A DNA stretch of 64,000 bases from Clostridiales bacterium DTU074 (GCA_001513075.1 LFSE01000067.1:23233-87232); one strand, 5' to 3'; shown: positions 28,725 through 38,711, numbered from the stretch's first letter. Numbers and translations: made by a program. Notes: a model not told the origin generated them from the sequence alone.

Positions 28725-29317
28725 GAAGAATAATAGCCGCAACGAACAATCCCGGTAAGATAAAGGAGATAAAGCAAATTCTTAACGACCTGCCCTTTGA
28801 AATATTATCTTTAAAGGATGCCGGTGTAAATATTAGGGTGACAGAGGATGGCTCTTCCTTTGAGGAGAATGCATTGAAAAAAGCTATGGAGATCTTTAAA
28901 TACACAGGCCAGGCGGTTCTTGCCGATGATTCCGGTCTGGAGGTCATGGCTTTGGGCGGTCAGCCTGGGGTTTATTCAGCCCGTTTTGCAGGGGAAAATG
29001 CCACCGATGAAGAAAACAACGCTAAGCTGTTGAAAATGTTGGAGGCTGTTCCTTTTGAGAGGAGACAGGCTGTTTTTCGTTGTGTGGTTGTGTTGGTAAG
29101 ACCGGATGCTTCGGTTCTCCGTGCAACCGGCGCATGTTACGGGAAGATAGGTTTTTCACCTGCCGGCAGGAACGGCTTTGGCTACGATCCCCTCTTCATT
29201 GTGGATGGTCTGGGCAAAACCTTTGCTGAACTCACGCCTGAGGAAAAGAATGTTATCAGCCACAGGGGCGTAGCATTAAAAAAGCTTAAGGAATTGATTA
29301 TAAACACGAATACATGA
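28721..29317 (+). CDS. rdgB: Non-canonical purine NTP pyrophosphatase (RdgB/HAM1 family)
   Basis: 'IIAATNNPGKIKEIK', 'LADDSGLEV', 'GQPGVYSARF', 'GFGYDPLF' and 'ISHRG'. The start overlaps the rph stop (atga). Confidence 0.93.
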   Translation: MRRIIAATNNPGKIKEIKQILNDLPFEILSLKDAGVNIRVTEDGSSFEENALKKAMEIFKYTGQAVLADDSGLEVMALGGQPGVYSARFAGENATDEENNAKLLKMLEAVPFERRQAVFRCVVVLVRPDASVLRATGACYGKIGFSPAGRNGFGYDPLFIVDGLGKTFAELTPEEKNVISHRGVALKKLKELIINTNT

Positions 29318-29340
29318 GAGAACGCGAGGATACGTTTACC

Positions 29341-29817
29341 ATGAAAATCGGAGTGATAAGCGACAGCCACGGGAAAAGGGTTATGCTGGACAGGGTGTCC
29401 AGAAGGTCAACCGATATAAGCCTGTTCGTCCATCTGGGGGATCTGTGTTCCGATGCCGTATATTTGCATGATATAACGGGTCTGCCGGTTGAATATGTCT
29501 GCGGCAATTGTGATTTTACCAGACAAGTTCCGCCTTCTAAGGAGATAAAAATAGGGGAGAAACGAATATTTTTGACCCACGGACATCTTTATAGGGTAAA
29601 ATGGGGGACACGCCAGCTGATAGATTCGGTACGCGGTAAAGGCTACGATGCCGTACTTTTCGGTCATACGCATATGGCCGAGATTTTTATAGTTGACGGA
29701 ACCATATTCATGAATCCAGGAAGCTTATCTTACTCACTGGGCAGTAAGACAGCAACAATTGGGATTCTGGAAATATCTGAGGACAAAATTGTACCGTATA
29801 TTGTTAATGTGGATTGA
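29341..29817 (+). CDS. YfcE/YsnB-family metallophosphoesterase
   Basis: 'MKIGVISDSHG', 'HLGD', 'GNCD', 'THGH' and 'GHTH' metal-binding motifs. 158 aa. Confidence 0.88.
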   Translation: MKIGVISDSHGKRVMLDRVSRRSTDISLFVHLGDLCSDAVYLHDITGLPVEYVCGNCDFTRQVPPSKEIKIGEKRIFLTHGHLYRVKWGTRQLIDSVRGKGYDAVLFGHTHMAEIFIVDGTIFMNPGSLSYSLGSKTATIGILEISEDKIVPYIVNVD

Positions 29818-29842
29818 GCCGAACAAACACTAAAAAAAGTGG

Positions 29843-29871
29843 TTGACAAAAATCGTATTACAGGCTAAAAT
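29843..29871 (+). promoter_or_regulatory. Sigma-A type promoter of tRNA operon 2
   Basis: TTGACA (29843-48), a 17-nt spacer, then TAAAAT (29866-71). Confidence 0.6.
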
Positions 29872-29918
29872 ATATTTTGCGCTTGGACAGATAACAATAT
29901 AAGATATGTTACTGGTAC

Positions 29919-29992
29919 GCGGGTGTAATTCAGTGGTAGAATTCCAGCCTTCCAAGCTGGCAGCGTGGGTTCGATTCCCATCACCCGCTCCA
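29919..29992 (+). tRNA. tRNA-Gly (TCC)
   Basis: Acceptor gcgggtg/cacccgc, loop CTTCCAA, encoded CCA. Confidence 0.9.
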
Positions 29993-29998
29993 TTTTAT

Positions 29999-30075
<77 letters not shown>

Positions 30076-30085
30076 TGAAATTTAT

Positions 30086-30163
30086 GGTGGGTATAGTTCA
30101 GGTGGTTAGAGCGCCAGATTGTGGCTCTGGAGGTCGTGGGTTCGAGTCCCACTACCCACCCCA
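30086..30163 (+). tRNA. tRNA-His (GTG) with encoded G-1
   Basis: An extra 5' G pairs with C73. Anticodon stem ccaga/tctgg with loop TTGTGGC. Encoded CCA. Confidence 0.9.
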
Positions 30164-30172
30164 ATTTTTTAA

Positions 30173-30247
30173 TGGGGCGTAGCCAAGCGGTAAGGCACGG
30201 GACTTTGACTCCCGCATGCGTAGGTTCGAATCCTGCCGCCCCAGCCA
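30173..30247 (+). tRNA. tRNA-Gln (TTG)
   Basis: Acceptor tggggcg/cgcccca, D-arm agccaagcggtaaggc, loop CTTTGAC, encoded CCA. Confidence 0.9.
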
Positions 30248-30341
30248 TTTTATAAAAACGTTTTTGAGTAGCCTGTCTGATCCTAGGTAGCAGCCGCATT
30301 CATATGTTCATAGTAAGGAAATGGATCTGAAGCGTAGATAT

Positions 30342-30426
30342 GCGGGCGTGGCGGAACTGGCAGACGCGCTAGACTTAGGATCTAGTGCCTTATGGCGTGG
30401 GAGTTCAAATCTCTTCGCCCGCACCA
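30342..30426 (+). tRNA. tRNA-Leu (TAG), long variable arm
   Basis: Acceptor gcgggcg/cgcccgc, stem ctaga/tctag with loop CTTAGGA, encoded CCA. Confidence 0.9.
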
Positions 30427-30452
30427 TATAATATAATTCATTATTATAGAAC

Positions 30453-30527
30453 GCGGGAGTGGCTCAGTGGTAGAGCGTCGCCTTGCCAAGGCGAATGTCG
30501 CGGGTTCGAGTCCCGTCTCCCGCTCCA
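30453..30527 (+). tRNA. tRNA-Gly (GCC)
   Basis: Acceptor gcgggag/ctcccgc, loop CTTGCCAA region, encoded CCA. Confidence 0.9.
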
Positions 30528-30534
30528 ATTATAT

Positions 30535-30611
30535 GCGCCCATAGCTCAGCTGGATAGAGTGACAGACTTCGAATCTGGAGGTCGCAGGTTCGAATCCTGC
30601 TGGGCGCACCA
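30535..30611 (+). tRNA. tRNA-Arg (TCG)
   Basis: Acceptor gcgccca/tgggcgc, loop CTTCGAA (U33 and A37 in place), encoded CCA. Confidence 0.85.
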
Positions 30612-30612
30612 G

Positions 30613-30650
30613 AAACCCAGTCATATCAAAGGGTTCATGACTGGGTTTTT
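30613..30650 (+). terminator. Rho-independent terminator of tRNA operon 2
   Basis: Stem aaacccagtcat/atgactgggttt followed by a T-run. Confidence 0.8.
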
Positions 30651-30884
30651 ACTGTTTTTTCTTATTTTTGCTGTTTTGTCGACAATTTATTGACACTTTT
30701 GGTCAAAGAAAAATTTAACTAGATTCTTTTAAAAGAATATTGCCTAAAGCTATTGCAGCTTCTGTATATTTTTCCCAATTTGTTAATTTCCCACATTTTT
30801 CCCACTGTAAAAGACTGAGAAAAATGAACAATTAAGCAGTAAAGCAATCAACATAACCGCTGCTTATATCGGGAGGGAGCCGCT

Positions 30885-31691
30885 GTGTTACAAAAAATTG
30901 TACGCCGGGAGATATTCTGCAAATCTGTACTCGTCAAAACCGGAATAAAGGGATTTGAATATTGCATAAACCCGTATACCGGCTGCTCCCATGCCTGTCA
31001 TTACTGCTATGCATCCTTTATGTGCCGTTTTTCCGGTCATCAGGAAAGATGGGGTAGTTTTGTTGATATTAAGGTGAATTCAGCCGATATTCTGTTAAAG
31101 CAGTTGAAAGGCCGTAAAAAACCCAATGGTAAAGTATTGATAGGTACGGTGACCGATGCCTACCAGCCCGATGAAGCCGAATACGGGATTACCAGGTCCA
31201 TACTGGAAATTCTTGCTGATTATAGGATGCTTGAGGTGCATATTCTTACAAAATCGAATCTTGTAAGGAGGGACATATCGGTACTTAAACGGCTTGATAA
31301 TTGTAAAGTCGGCTTTACAATTACCACAATGAATCCCAGGATAGCTCGGATAATGGAGCCGGGTGCACCGCCGCCTCAAATGCGTATATCCGCAGCTGAA
31401 GAGTTGATAAAGAGCGGCATACCCGTATGGGTTTTTATCGCACCGATAATCCCGGGGATAACCGACACAGAGGAGTCCTTGTCAACATTGTTTCATACCC
31501 TTCACGAAGCCGGCATATGCGAAATTATGACGGATTATCTCAACCCCTATCCCGCTGTTGTCCGGCGTTTAAAGAATGTATACCGTCGTTTCTTTCCCAA
31601 TTCCTTGCCCATGCTGGACGAATACCTGATTCAGCCGGAAATATACAGGAATAGCATAAAAAACAGGTTGGAGAAATACCTTGGCAAATAA
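30885..31691 (+). CDS. SPL-family (spore-photoproduct-lyase-like, COG1533) radical SAM protein
   Basis: GTG start with gggaggga RBS. 'INPYTGCSHACHYCYA' CxxxCxxC cluster. Size and block order match the SplB-like family. Confidence 0.75.
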   Translation: MLQKIVRREIFCKSVLVKTGIKGFEYCINPYTGCSHACHYCYASFMCRFSGHQERWGSFVDIKVNSADILLKQLKGRKKPNGKVLIGTVTDAYQPDEAEYGITRSILEILADYRMLEVHILTKSNLVRRDISVLKRLDNCKVGFTITTMNPRIARIMEPGAPPPQMRISAAEELIKSGIPVWVFIAPIIPGITDTEESLSTLFHTLHEAGICEIMTDYLNPYPAVVRRLKNVYRRFFPNSLPMLDEYLIQPEIYRNSIKNRLEKYLGK

Positions 31692-31957
31692 TGATGCTTT
31701 TTTGTATGCCTCCGGTTAATGGAATGTATCACTGATATTGGATGTATACAATCCGGCAATATATTGGCATGATATATTGCTTGTTACATGTGGCGGTTTG
31801 TGCTATCATTTAAATGTCAGCATATGGATTATATTCTGATGTTCGGGAAGGATAGAAATAAAGGTAAAACGAGAATTTGCACACATCTTTGCAGTGAATA
31901 CCATATCTAATCGGCAGTTAGCATCCTATTTTGCCCTGATGGGAGAGGAGGTACAAT

Positions 31958-32977
31958 ATGGCGACGAAAAACCGATGTGCTTTTCTTAATGCTCAACACG
32001 AATTCACCATCGAGGAAAGGGATATACCCGTTCCAAAGGATGATGAAGTGTTGGTTCGAGTTATGGCCAACGGGATATGCGGTTCTGACGTTCATTTCTA
32101 TGCTGAAGGAAGGCTGGGGAATTTTGTGGTTACAAAACCCTATATACCCGGGCATGAAGCTGCCGGCATTGTTGAGGATACCGGCAAAAATGTTAAAGGT
32201 TTTCGCAAAGGAGAAAGGGTGGCTATTGAGCCAGGTATACCCTGCGATAGATGCAGGTATTGCAAAACCGGGAGGTACAACCTATGTCCCTCGGTGGTGT
32301 TTTTGTCCGCACCGCCTGTAAACGGAACTTTTTGCGACTACATATGTATACGTTCCGATTTTTTACACAAAATACCCGAGGATATGCCCTTTGAACATGG
32401 TGCTATGATCGAACCCACAGCTGTAGCGGTTCATGCTGTTAACAGGGCCGGCTTTATTAACGGAAAGGATTGCGCTATATATGGAGCGGGGCCGATAGGC
32501 TTATTGACCCTTCAAGCCTTTAAAGCCATGGGAGGCGGGAAAGCCGTCTGTTTGGATATATTGGATAAGAGGCTTGAGTTGGCAAAAGCTTTGGGTGCAG
32601 ACGAAGTATTAAATGCAAGCCAATGCGGCCATATTAAGGATATTGCTGATGTGGTGTTTGAAACGGCCGGTTCTCCTCAAGCAACAGCCCAATTGTTTAG
32701 CGCTGTCCGGGCAGGTGGGACGGTTGTACAGGTTGGCTGGCCAACGGGGAATATAGTAGCAATGAACATAGCTGATTTTATAGAAAAAGAACTGGACTAC
32801 GTTTCAGTCAATCGATATGCAAATGCATATCCTGCTGCCATACGTTATATATGCGACGGACGTATCAGAGTGGAACCCCTTATTACTCAGACTTATTCCT
32901 TTCAAGAAATTCCGGAGGCATTTAGATTTGCAAAGGAAAATCCAAAAGATACCATAAAGATAATAGTCAAAAATTAA
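31958..32977 (+). CDS. Zinc-dependent MDR dehydrogenase, sorbitol/L-iditol dehydrogenase-like
   Basis: 'CGSDVH', 'GHEAAGIV', 'EPGIPCDRCRYCKTGRYNLC' (structural Zn) and the Rossmann 'IYGAGPIG'. Confidence 0.8.
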   Translation: MATKNRCAFLNAQHEFTIEERDIPVPKDDEVLVRVMANGICGSDVHFYAEGRLGNFVVTKPYIPGHEAAGIVEDTGKNVKGFRKGERVAIEPGIPCDRCRYCKTGRYNLCPSVVFLSAPPVNGTFCDYICIRSDFLHKIPEDMPFEHGAMIEPTAVAVHAVNRAGFINGKDCAIYGAGPIGLLTLQAFKAMGGGKAVCLDILDKRLELAKALGADEVLNASQCGHIKDIADVVFETAGSPQATAQLFSAVRAGGTVVQVGWPTGNIVAMNIADFIEKELDYVSVNRYANAYPAAIRYICDGRIRVEPLITQTYSFQEIPEAFRFAKENPKDTIKIIVKN

Positions 32978-33197
32978 ATGATATACCGAAGCTTTTTACC
33001 GTAGTGTGGCATGGAGGTATGAACAGGGCCCGGATACAGGTATGCTGGATTTGCATGAACAGCTTTTGATCCGAAAGTACCGTAATTTAACAGCTGCAGA
33101 AATTTCAATAAAATATAACGATCAAATTGCTTTATAGCCAAAAATATTGTATTATTTAGTTATTAGTTAATAGTTATAACAGGGGAGGTATATTTGA

Positions 33198-34151
33198 ATG
33201 TATTATGTCGGTATCGATCTGGGAGGAACGAATATCGCAGTTGGTCTAGTTGACGAAGAAGGTAATATAATACATAAGGATAGTGTACCTACATTAAGCG
33301 AAAGAGAATATCCCGAGATCCTTTATGATATGGCAATGCTGTCTCTTAAGGTAATAAAGGATGCGGGAGTTTCAATGAAAGACGTAAAATCAATAGGTGT
33401 GGGAAGTCCGGGAACCCCGAACTGTGCTGAGGGCATTCTTATATATGCAAACAATCTGAAATTCAGAAATGTGCCCATAAGGGCTGAAATGCAAAAATAT
33501 GTCGATCTTCCGATATATCTGGATAATGATGCCAATGTAGCTGCACTGGCTGAAAGCATAGCCGGCGCTTGCAAGGGAGCAAAGCACTCGGTGACGATTA
33601 CCCTTGGTACGGGTATCGGCGGTGGGGTTATAATAGATGGGAAGGTCTACAGCGGTTTTAACAATGCAGCGGCTGAAATTGGACATATGGCAATAGTTGT
33701 TGACGGCGAACAGTGCACATGCGGAAGAAAGGGTTGCTGGGAAGCCTATGCTTCGGCTACTGCTTTGATACGACAGACCAGTAATGCAGCTGTTGCAAAT
33801 CCGACTTCTTTGATAAATAAGCTTGTTAATAATGATTTAACAAAGATTGACGCCAAAACAGCCTTTGATGCCGCAAAACAGGGAGACAGGGTTGGGCAGG
33901 AATTGGTTGACCAATATATAAAATATGTTGCTGAGGGGCTGGCCAACGTAATCAACATTTTCCAACCCGAGATTATAGCAATCGGGGGAGGTATATCCAG
34001 AGAAGGGGAATACCTGTTGAAACCCATTCGTGAGCTGGTATGGCAAAGTGTATATACCCTTGAAGGTGTACCCCGGACCACGATTACTGTTGCACAGTTG
34101 GGCAATGATGCCGGTATAGTTGGTGCGGCAATGCTGGGCAAGATAATGTAA
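33198..34151 (+). CDS. glcK: ROK-family glucokinase
   Basis: 'YVGIDLGGTNI', 'DNDANVAALAE', 'GTGIGGG' and the ROK zinc motif 'GHMAIVVDGEQCTCGRKGCWEAYAS'. Confidence 0.9.
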   Translation: MYYVGIDLGGTNIAVGLVDEEGNIIHKDSVPTLSEREYPEILYDMAMLSLKVIKDAGVSMKDVKSIGVGSPGTPNCAEGILIYANNLKFRNVPIRAEMQKYVDLPIYLDNDANVAALAESIAGACKGAKHSVTITLGTGIGGGVIIDGKVYSGFNNAAAEIGHMAIVVDGEQCTCGRKGCWEAYASATALIRQTSNAAVANPTSLINKLVNNDLTKIDAKTAFDAAKQGDRVGQELVDQYIKYVAEGLANVINIFQPEIIAIGGGISREGEYLLKPIRELVWQSVYTLEGVPRTTITVAQLGNDAGIVGAAMLGKIM

Positions 34152-34183
34152 TACATTGATTTGTAAAAATATATCAAGGTGTT

Positions 34184-34216
34184 ATAATTCCTGGGTATAA
34201 CCAGGAATTATTTTAT
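34184..34216 (+). terminator. Terminator after glcK
   Basis: Perfect stem ataattcctgg/ccaggaattat, loop gtataa, then tttat. Confidence 0.7.
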
Positions 34217-34252
34217 AAAGAATGTGTAATATGCAGCGTTCGGAGGGAATCA

Positions 34253-35626
34253 TTGGTGGTACATGCGTTTCAGAACAACGGCTTTTATGTCGCCGTTGAT
34301 GTCAATAGCGGGAGTATTTTTAGCGTTGATGAAATTACATATGAGATCCTAAAGGCTTTTCCTGATAATTTTTCAAGACGGAGGGCAATGGAGGAATTTA
34401 GCGACAGATTCGATGCAGATATTGTTAGCCAAGCTTGCGATGAAATTGAAAATCTGAAAGCTCAGGAGGTGCTGTACAGTCCCGATCTGGATGATAATAT
34501 TCTGATAGAGCAGCTGAACAATAATAAGGGCTTAAAAGCATTGTGTCTTCATATTGCCCATGGCTGTAATTTGGCTTGTGAGTACTGCTTTGCTTCCAAA
34601 GGCGATTACAGGACCGGGAATAAGCTCATGACCGAAGAGATCGCTTTGCGGGCAGTGGATTTTCTGGCCAAACATTCGGGAAACAGAAAGAACATTGAAA
34701 TTGATTTCTTCGGTGGAGAACCGTTAATCAATTTTGAAGTAGTGAAGAAAAGCGTTGCCTATGCAAAAGAGATTGAGAAGCGCACAGGGAAGCTGTTCCA
34801 TTTTACTATAACTACAAACGGCACTTTATTGGACAAGGAAAAGACGGATTTTATCAATGAGTTCATGGACAATGTTGTTATAAGTCTGGATGGGAGACGA
34901 CATGTTCATGACATGATGAGGTTTTACAGGGACGGCAGCGGCAGCTATAATGATATAGTGGCTTCGGCAAGGGAACTGGTAAAAGGCAGACAGAATAAAG
35001 ATTACTTTATCAGAGGTACGTTTACAAGCAAAAATCTGGATTTTTCCGAAGATGTATTTCATATAGCAGGCCTCGGATTTGATGAGGTGTCCGTTGAGCC
35101 GGTGGTGGGAAGCGGTGAGTCATATCATATCACCCGGGAACATTTGCCTATCATACTTGATGAATATGACAGGCTTGCCAAAAGATACCTTGAATATATA
35201 AGGCGTGGCAACCGACTGAGGTTTTATCACTTCAATTTAAATCTATTTAAGGGACCGTGCATACAAAGGCGAATAGTAGCCTGCGGTGCAGGCTTTGAAT
35301 ATCTTGCAGTATCGCCGGAAGGGTATTTATACCCATGCCACCAGTTTGTTGGCCAAAAACGATTTATAATGGGCGATGTATTTGAGGGAATTAGCAATAC
35401 AAACATAGCAGAGGAATTTAAGGAATGCAACGTTATAACCAAAGAAGAATGCAGGAAATGCTGGGCAAAGTACTATTGTTCGGGTGGATGCCATGCCAAC
35501 GCATATTTTTCCAACGGAAGCATATCCGTTCCCAACGAGTTGGCATGCATTATGCAGCGCAAGCGGATAGAATGCGCTATTATGATTGAGATGGCCGGCT
35601 CTGATGCAAAGATGGATGCCAGTTAG
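34253..35626 (+). CDS. Radical SAM/SPASM thioether-forming peptide maturase, SCIFF-maturase (CteB-like) type
   Basis: An N-terminal extension of about 95 aa (RRE-like, 'VAVDVNSGSIFSVDEITYEIL') precedes 'CLHIAHGCNLACEYCFA'. Other blocks are 'SGNRKNIEIDFFGGEPLINF', 'KDYFIRGTFTSKNLDFSEDV', 'CGAGFEYLAVSPEGYLYPCHQFVG' and the SPASM 'CRKCWAKYYCSGGCHANAY'. The block-by-block match is to the C. thermocellum CteB sequence as I recall it. Confidence 0.8.
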   Translation: MVVHAFQNNGFYVAVDVNSGSIFSVDEITYEILKAFPDNFSRRRAMEEFSDRFDADIVSQACDEIENLKAQEVLYSPDLDDNILIEQLNNNKGLKALCLHIAHGCNLACEYCFASKGDYRTGNKLMTEEIALRAVDFLAKHSGNRKNIEIDFFGGEPLINFEVVKKSVAYAKEIEKRTGKLFHFTITTNGTLLDKEKTDFINEFMDNVVISLDGRRHVHDMMRFYRDGSGSYNDIVASARELVKGRQNKDYFIRGTFTSKNLDFSEDVFHIAGLGFDEVSVEPVVGSGESYHITREHLPIILDEYDRLAKRYLEYIRRGNRLRFYHFNLNLFKGPCIQRRIVACGAGFEYLAVSPEGYLYPCHQFVGQKRFIMGDVFEGISNTNIAEEFKECNVITKEECRKCWAKYYCSGGCHANAYFSNGSISVPNELACIMQRKRIECAIMIEMAGSDAKMDAS

Positions 35627-35650
35627 AAAAAGATTAATGAGGTGGGTTAG

Positions 35651-36802
35651 GTGAAAATAATCCTGGCTCCGGATTCTTTTAAAGGTACATTTTCATCCCT
35701 TGAGGTAATTCAGTATTTGGAAGAAGCAGCGATTCGGAACTTAGGACAGGTGGACATAATAAAGGTACCGATAGCCGACGGAGGCGAGGGAACGGTTGAT
35801 TGTCTTGTTGCGGCGGCCAATGGTGAATACAGAACGGTTAAGGTCATGGGTCCCCTGAAACAGATGCGCGTTGAAGCCAAATATGGAATTATCAACGGCA
35901 AAACAGCGGTAATTGAAATGGCACAGGCCTCCGGACTTCCACTGGTTCCGGTTCATAAAAGAGATCCTTTAAATGCTACCACATATGGTACCGGCCAGAT
36001 GATCAAGGCAGCCCTTGATGAAGGGATAAGGGATTTTATAATTGGAATTGGAGGCAGCGCAACCAATGACGGCGGCATAGGAGCTGCACAAGCCCTGGGA
36101 GTCGAATTTTTGGATAGGGACAACCATCTGATCGGCTTTGGAGGCAAGGAACTGGGAAGGATTAGCAGAATTGTCCCGGACGGAATTGATCCCAGGATCA
36201 GGGAGAGCACCATTACTGTTATATGCGATGTTACCAATCCCTTAACGGGGCCTAACGGGGCTACGGCTGTATACGGCCCGCAAAAAGGGGTCGATGAAAG
36301 CTCTTTCGATATTCTGGAAACGGGAATGAAAAATTATGAAAGGCTTATCAAGGAGATAAGCGGAATGGATATGAGCCAGATCCCGGGGTCCGGAGCTGCG
36401 GGTGGCCTGGGAGCAGCTCTTGTTGCCTTCTTTGGCGCTGTATTAAAACCAGGAATTGATACTGTTCTTGACTATGTAGACTTTGATGAGTTGCTGGATG
36501 GAGCAGATTTTGTTGTAACAGGCGAGGGCAGGATTGATGGGCAATCCATATACGGAAAGGTCCCCATCGGCATAGCCAAGCGGTGCATGGCGAAAGGCAT
36601 AAAGGTGATTGCCATTGTGGGAGGAATTGGACAGAAGGTTGAAAAGGTTTACGACAACGGCATATACAGCATTATGCCAACGGTAAATGCTCCTATGTCG
36701 CTTGACGAAGCCATGGACAGGGGAGAGGAACTGCTTAAGGATGCTGCCGATCGCATGTTCAAATTTATCAGGCTTGGAATGATGTTACAACAGAATTTAT
36801 AA
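35651..36802 (+). CDS. glxK: Glycerate kinase
   Basis: 'KIILAPDSFKGTFSS', 'PIADGGEGT', 'GIGGSATNDGG' and 'VTGEGRIDGQSIYGKVP'. Confidence 0.92.
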   Translation: MKIILAPDSFKGTFSSLEVIQYLEEAAIRNLGQVDIIKVPIADGGEGTVDCLVAAANGEYRTVKVMGPLKQMRVEAKYGIINGKTAVIEMAQASGLPLVPVHKRDPLNATTYGTGQMIKAALDEGIRDFIIGIGGSATNDGGIGAAQALGVEFLDRDNHLIGFGGKELGRISRIVPDGIDPRIRESTITVICDVTNPLTGPNGATAVYGPQKGVDESSFDILETGMKNYERLIKEISGMDMSQIPGSGAAGGLGAALVAFFGAVLKPGIDTVLDYVDFDELLDGADFVVTGEGRIDGQSIYGKVPIGIAKRCMAKGIKVIAIVGGIGQKVEKVYDNGIYSIMPTVNAPMSLDEAMDRGEELLKDAADRMFKFIRLGMMLQQNL

Positions 36803-36863
36803 GCATTTGTACGACACCAGAAATGATTGATATCCAAAATTTAAATCGGAAGGAAGAGAAAAT

Positions 36864-37436
36864 ATGGAAAACCAATCATCAAATACCAGCCCCCAATTGG
36901 TTATGTTTCTTGATTCGCTTCATAATTTACCAGCATTGAATATTCCAGAAGATTATCAGCTTAGATCCTTTTGTCCGGGGGATGAAAAGGAATGGGAGAA
37001 CATTATTAATGCCTCATTTAATACTCAGAGCGATTTTGAAAGGGACATTATGAGCAAAGAGTATTTCAAACCCGAGCGAGTCAAATTTATATGTTGGCGA
37101 AACAAGCCTATCGCTACCGCAACTGCATGGGAATCAAAGGATTTTGGCAAAGAAACAGGGTATCTTCATATGGTGGGAATTCTTCCGGAACATTCCGGAA
37201 AAAGGCTGGGATACCAAGTGTGTTTAGCTGCCTTGCATCATATGGCATTGGAGGGGAAAAGCTCCGCAGTGCTTCATACCGACGATTTTCGCTTACCGGC
37301 TATTAAAACATATTGGAATCTCGGTTTTAAACCCATGCTGGTGCATGAAAACCAGGTTAGGCGGTGGTATGAAGTATCCTTAAAGCTTAATTTGCCCCAA
37401 TTGAATGATGAATTGATAAAGACGGATATACAATGA
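36864..37436 (+). CDS. GNAT-family N-acetyltransferase
   Basis: 190 aa. The acetyl-CoA motif region 'VGILPEHSGKRLGYQVCLAAL' and the C-terminal 'YWNLGFKP'. Confidence 0.7.
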   Translation: MENQSSNTSPQLVMFLDSLHNLPALNIPEDYQLRSFCPGDEKEWENIINASFNTQSDFERDIMSKEYFKPERVKFICWRNKPIATATAWESKDFGKETGYLHMVGILPEHSGKRLGYQVCLAALHHMALEGKSSAVLHTDDFRLPAIKTYWNLGFKPMLVHENQVRRWYEVSLKLNLPQLNDELIKTDIQ

Positions 37437-37581
37437 GCAATAGCCAAAATAGTTGAAACAAGCCACAGAATATGGTAATATCAAATAGTAGTATCGGCTT
37501 CATAATAGAGGGGCTTTAATAAATATCCCGAAACGGGGGTTCTAAAATAATCTAATTATAAACTTATGAGGAGGGTTTGAT

Positions 37582-38682
37582 ATGGCTAATTGTCAGTGCG
37601 GGGATAAAGTCAGGGTTGGAATTATTGGATGCGGTGGTATAGCCAACGGTAAGCACATGCCTGGGCTGGCCAAACTGGATTGCGTTGAAATGGTGGCTTT
37701 CTGCGATATCATTGAGGAAAGGGCTCAAAAGGCTGCTGCCGATTACGGCTCCAAGGATGCAAAGGTCTACACCGATTACAGAGAGCTTTTGGAAGACAAG
37801 ACCATCGATGTCGTACATATCTGTACCCCGAACAGGTCCCATGGATTCATAACGGTAGATGCCCTTGAGGCCGGCAAACATGTCATGTGCGAAAAACCGA
37901 TGGCCAAAACTGCTGCCGATGCCCGCAAGATGGTGGAAACTGCCAAACGAACCGGTAAAAAGCTGACCATCGGATATCAAAATCGTTATAGACCCGATTC
38001 CGAGTACCTTTACACTCTTTGCAGAAATGGAGAGCTGGGTGACATATACTTTGCAAAAGCTCATGCCATTCGTCGAAGAGCCGTTCCTACCTGGGGTGTT
38101 TTCTTGAATGAGGAAGAGCAGGGTGGAGGCCCGTTAATTGATATCGGTACGCATGCTCTCGACTTAACCCTATGGATGATGGATAACTACGAGGTAAAAA
38201 GCGTCTTGGGAAGCACGTTCCATAAGCTGTCCAGCAGGGAAAATGCTGCCAATGCATGGGGTCCCTGGGATCCAAGCAAATTCACCGTTGAAGATTCCGC
38301 ATTTGGCTTTATCGTTATGAAAAACGGTGCTACAATTATATTAGAATCCAGCTGGGCTTTAAATACCCTCCAGGTTGGTGAGGCCATAACAACCTTGTGC
38401 GGTACCGAAGCCGGGGCCGATATGTGGGAAGGCCTGCGTATCAACGGTGAAAAATACGGCAAGCTGTATATAACGAAGCCAGGTCTTGATGCTTCCGGTG
38501 TTGATTTCTATGATGCCAGCGCTCAAGAATCCCCGGGAGATAAAGAGGCAAGGCTGTGGATTGAATGCATTATTAACGATACTGAACCGTTGGTAAAACC
38601 CGAACAAGCCCTGGTTGTAACCGAGATACTCGAGGCAATATATGAGTCGGCCAAAACGGGCAAGGCTGTTTATTTTGAATGA
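37582..38682 (+). CDS. Gfo/Idh/MocA-family NAD(P)-dependent oxidoreductase
   Basis: 'RVGIIGCGGIANGKH' Rossmann fold and 'EKPMA' catalytic block. 366 aa. Confidence 0.88.
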   Translation: MANCQCGDKVRVGIIGCGGIANGKHMPGLAKLDCVEMVAFCDIIEERAQKAAADYGSKDAKVYTDYRELLEDKTIDVVHICTPNRSHGFITVDALEAGKHVMCEKPMAKTAADARKMVETAKRTGKKLTIGYQNRYRPDSEYLYTLCRNGELGDIYFAKAHAIRRRAVPTWGVFLNEEEQGGGPLIDIGTHALDLTLWMMDNYEVKSVLGSTFHKLSSRENAANAWGPWDPSKFTVEDSAFGFIVMKNGATIILESSWALNTLQVGEAITTLCGTEAGADMWEGLRINGEKYGKLYITKPGLDASGVDFYDASAQESPGDKEARLWIECIINDTEPLVKPEQALVVTEILEAIYESAKTGKAVYFE

Positions 38683-38711
38683 TATGCTTAACCTACTGAT
38701 ATAAAAACTGA

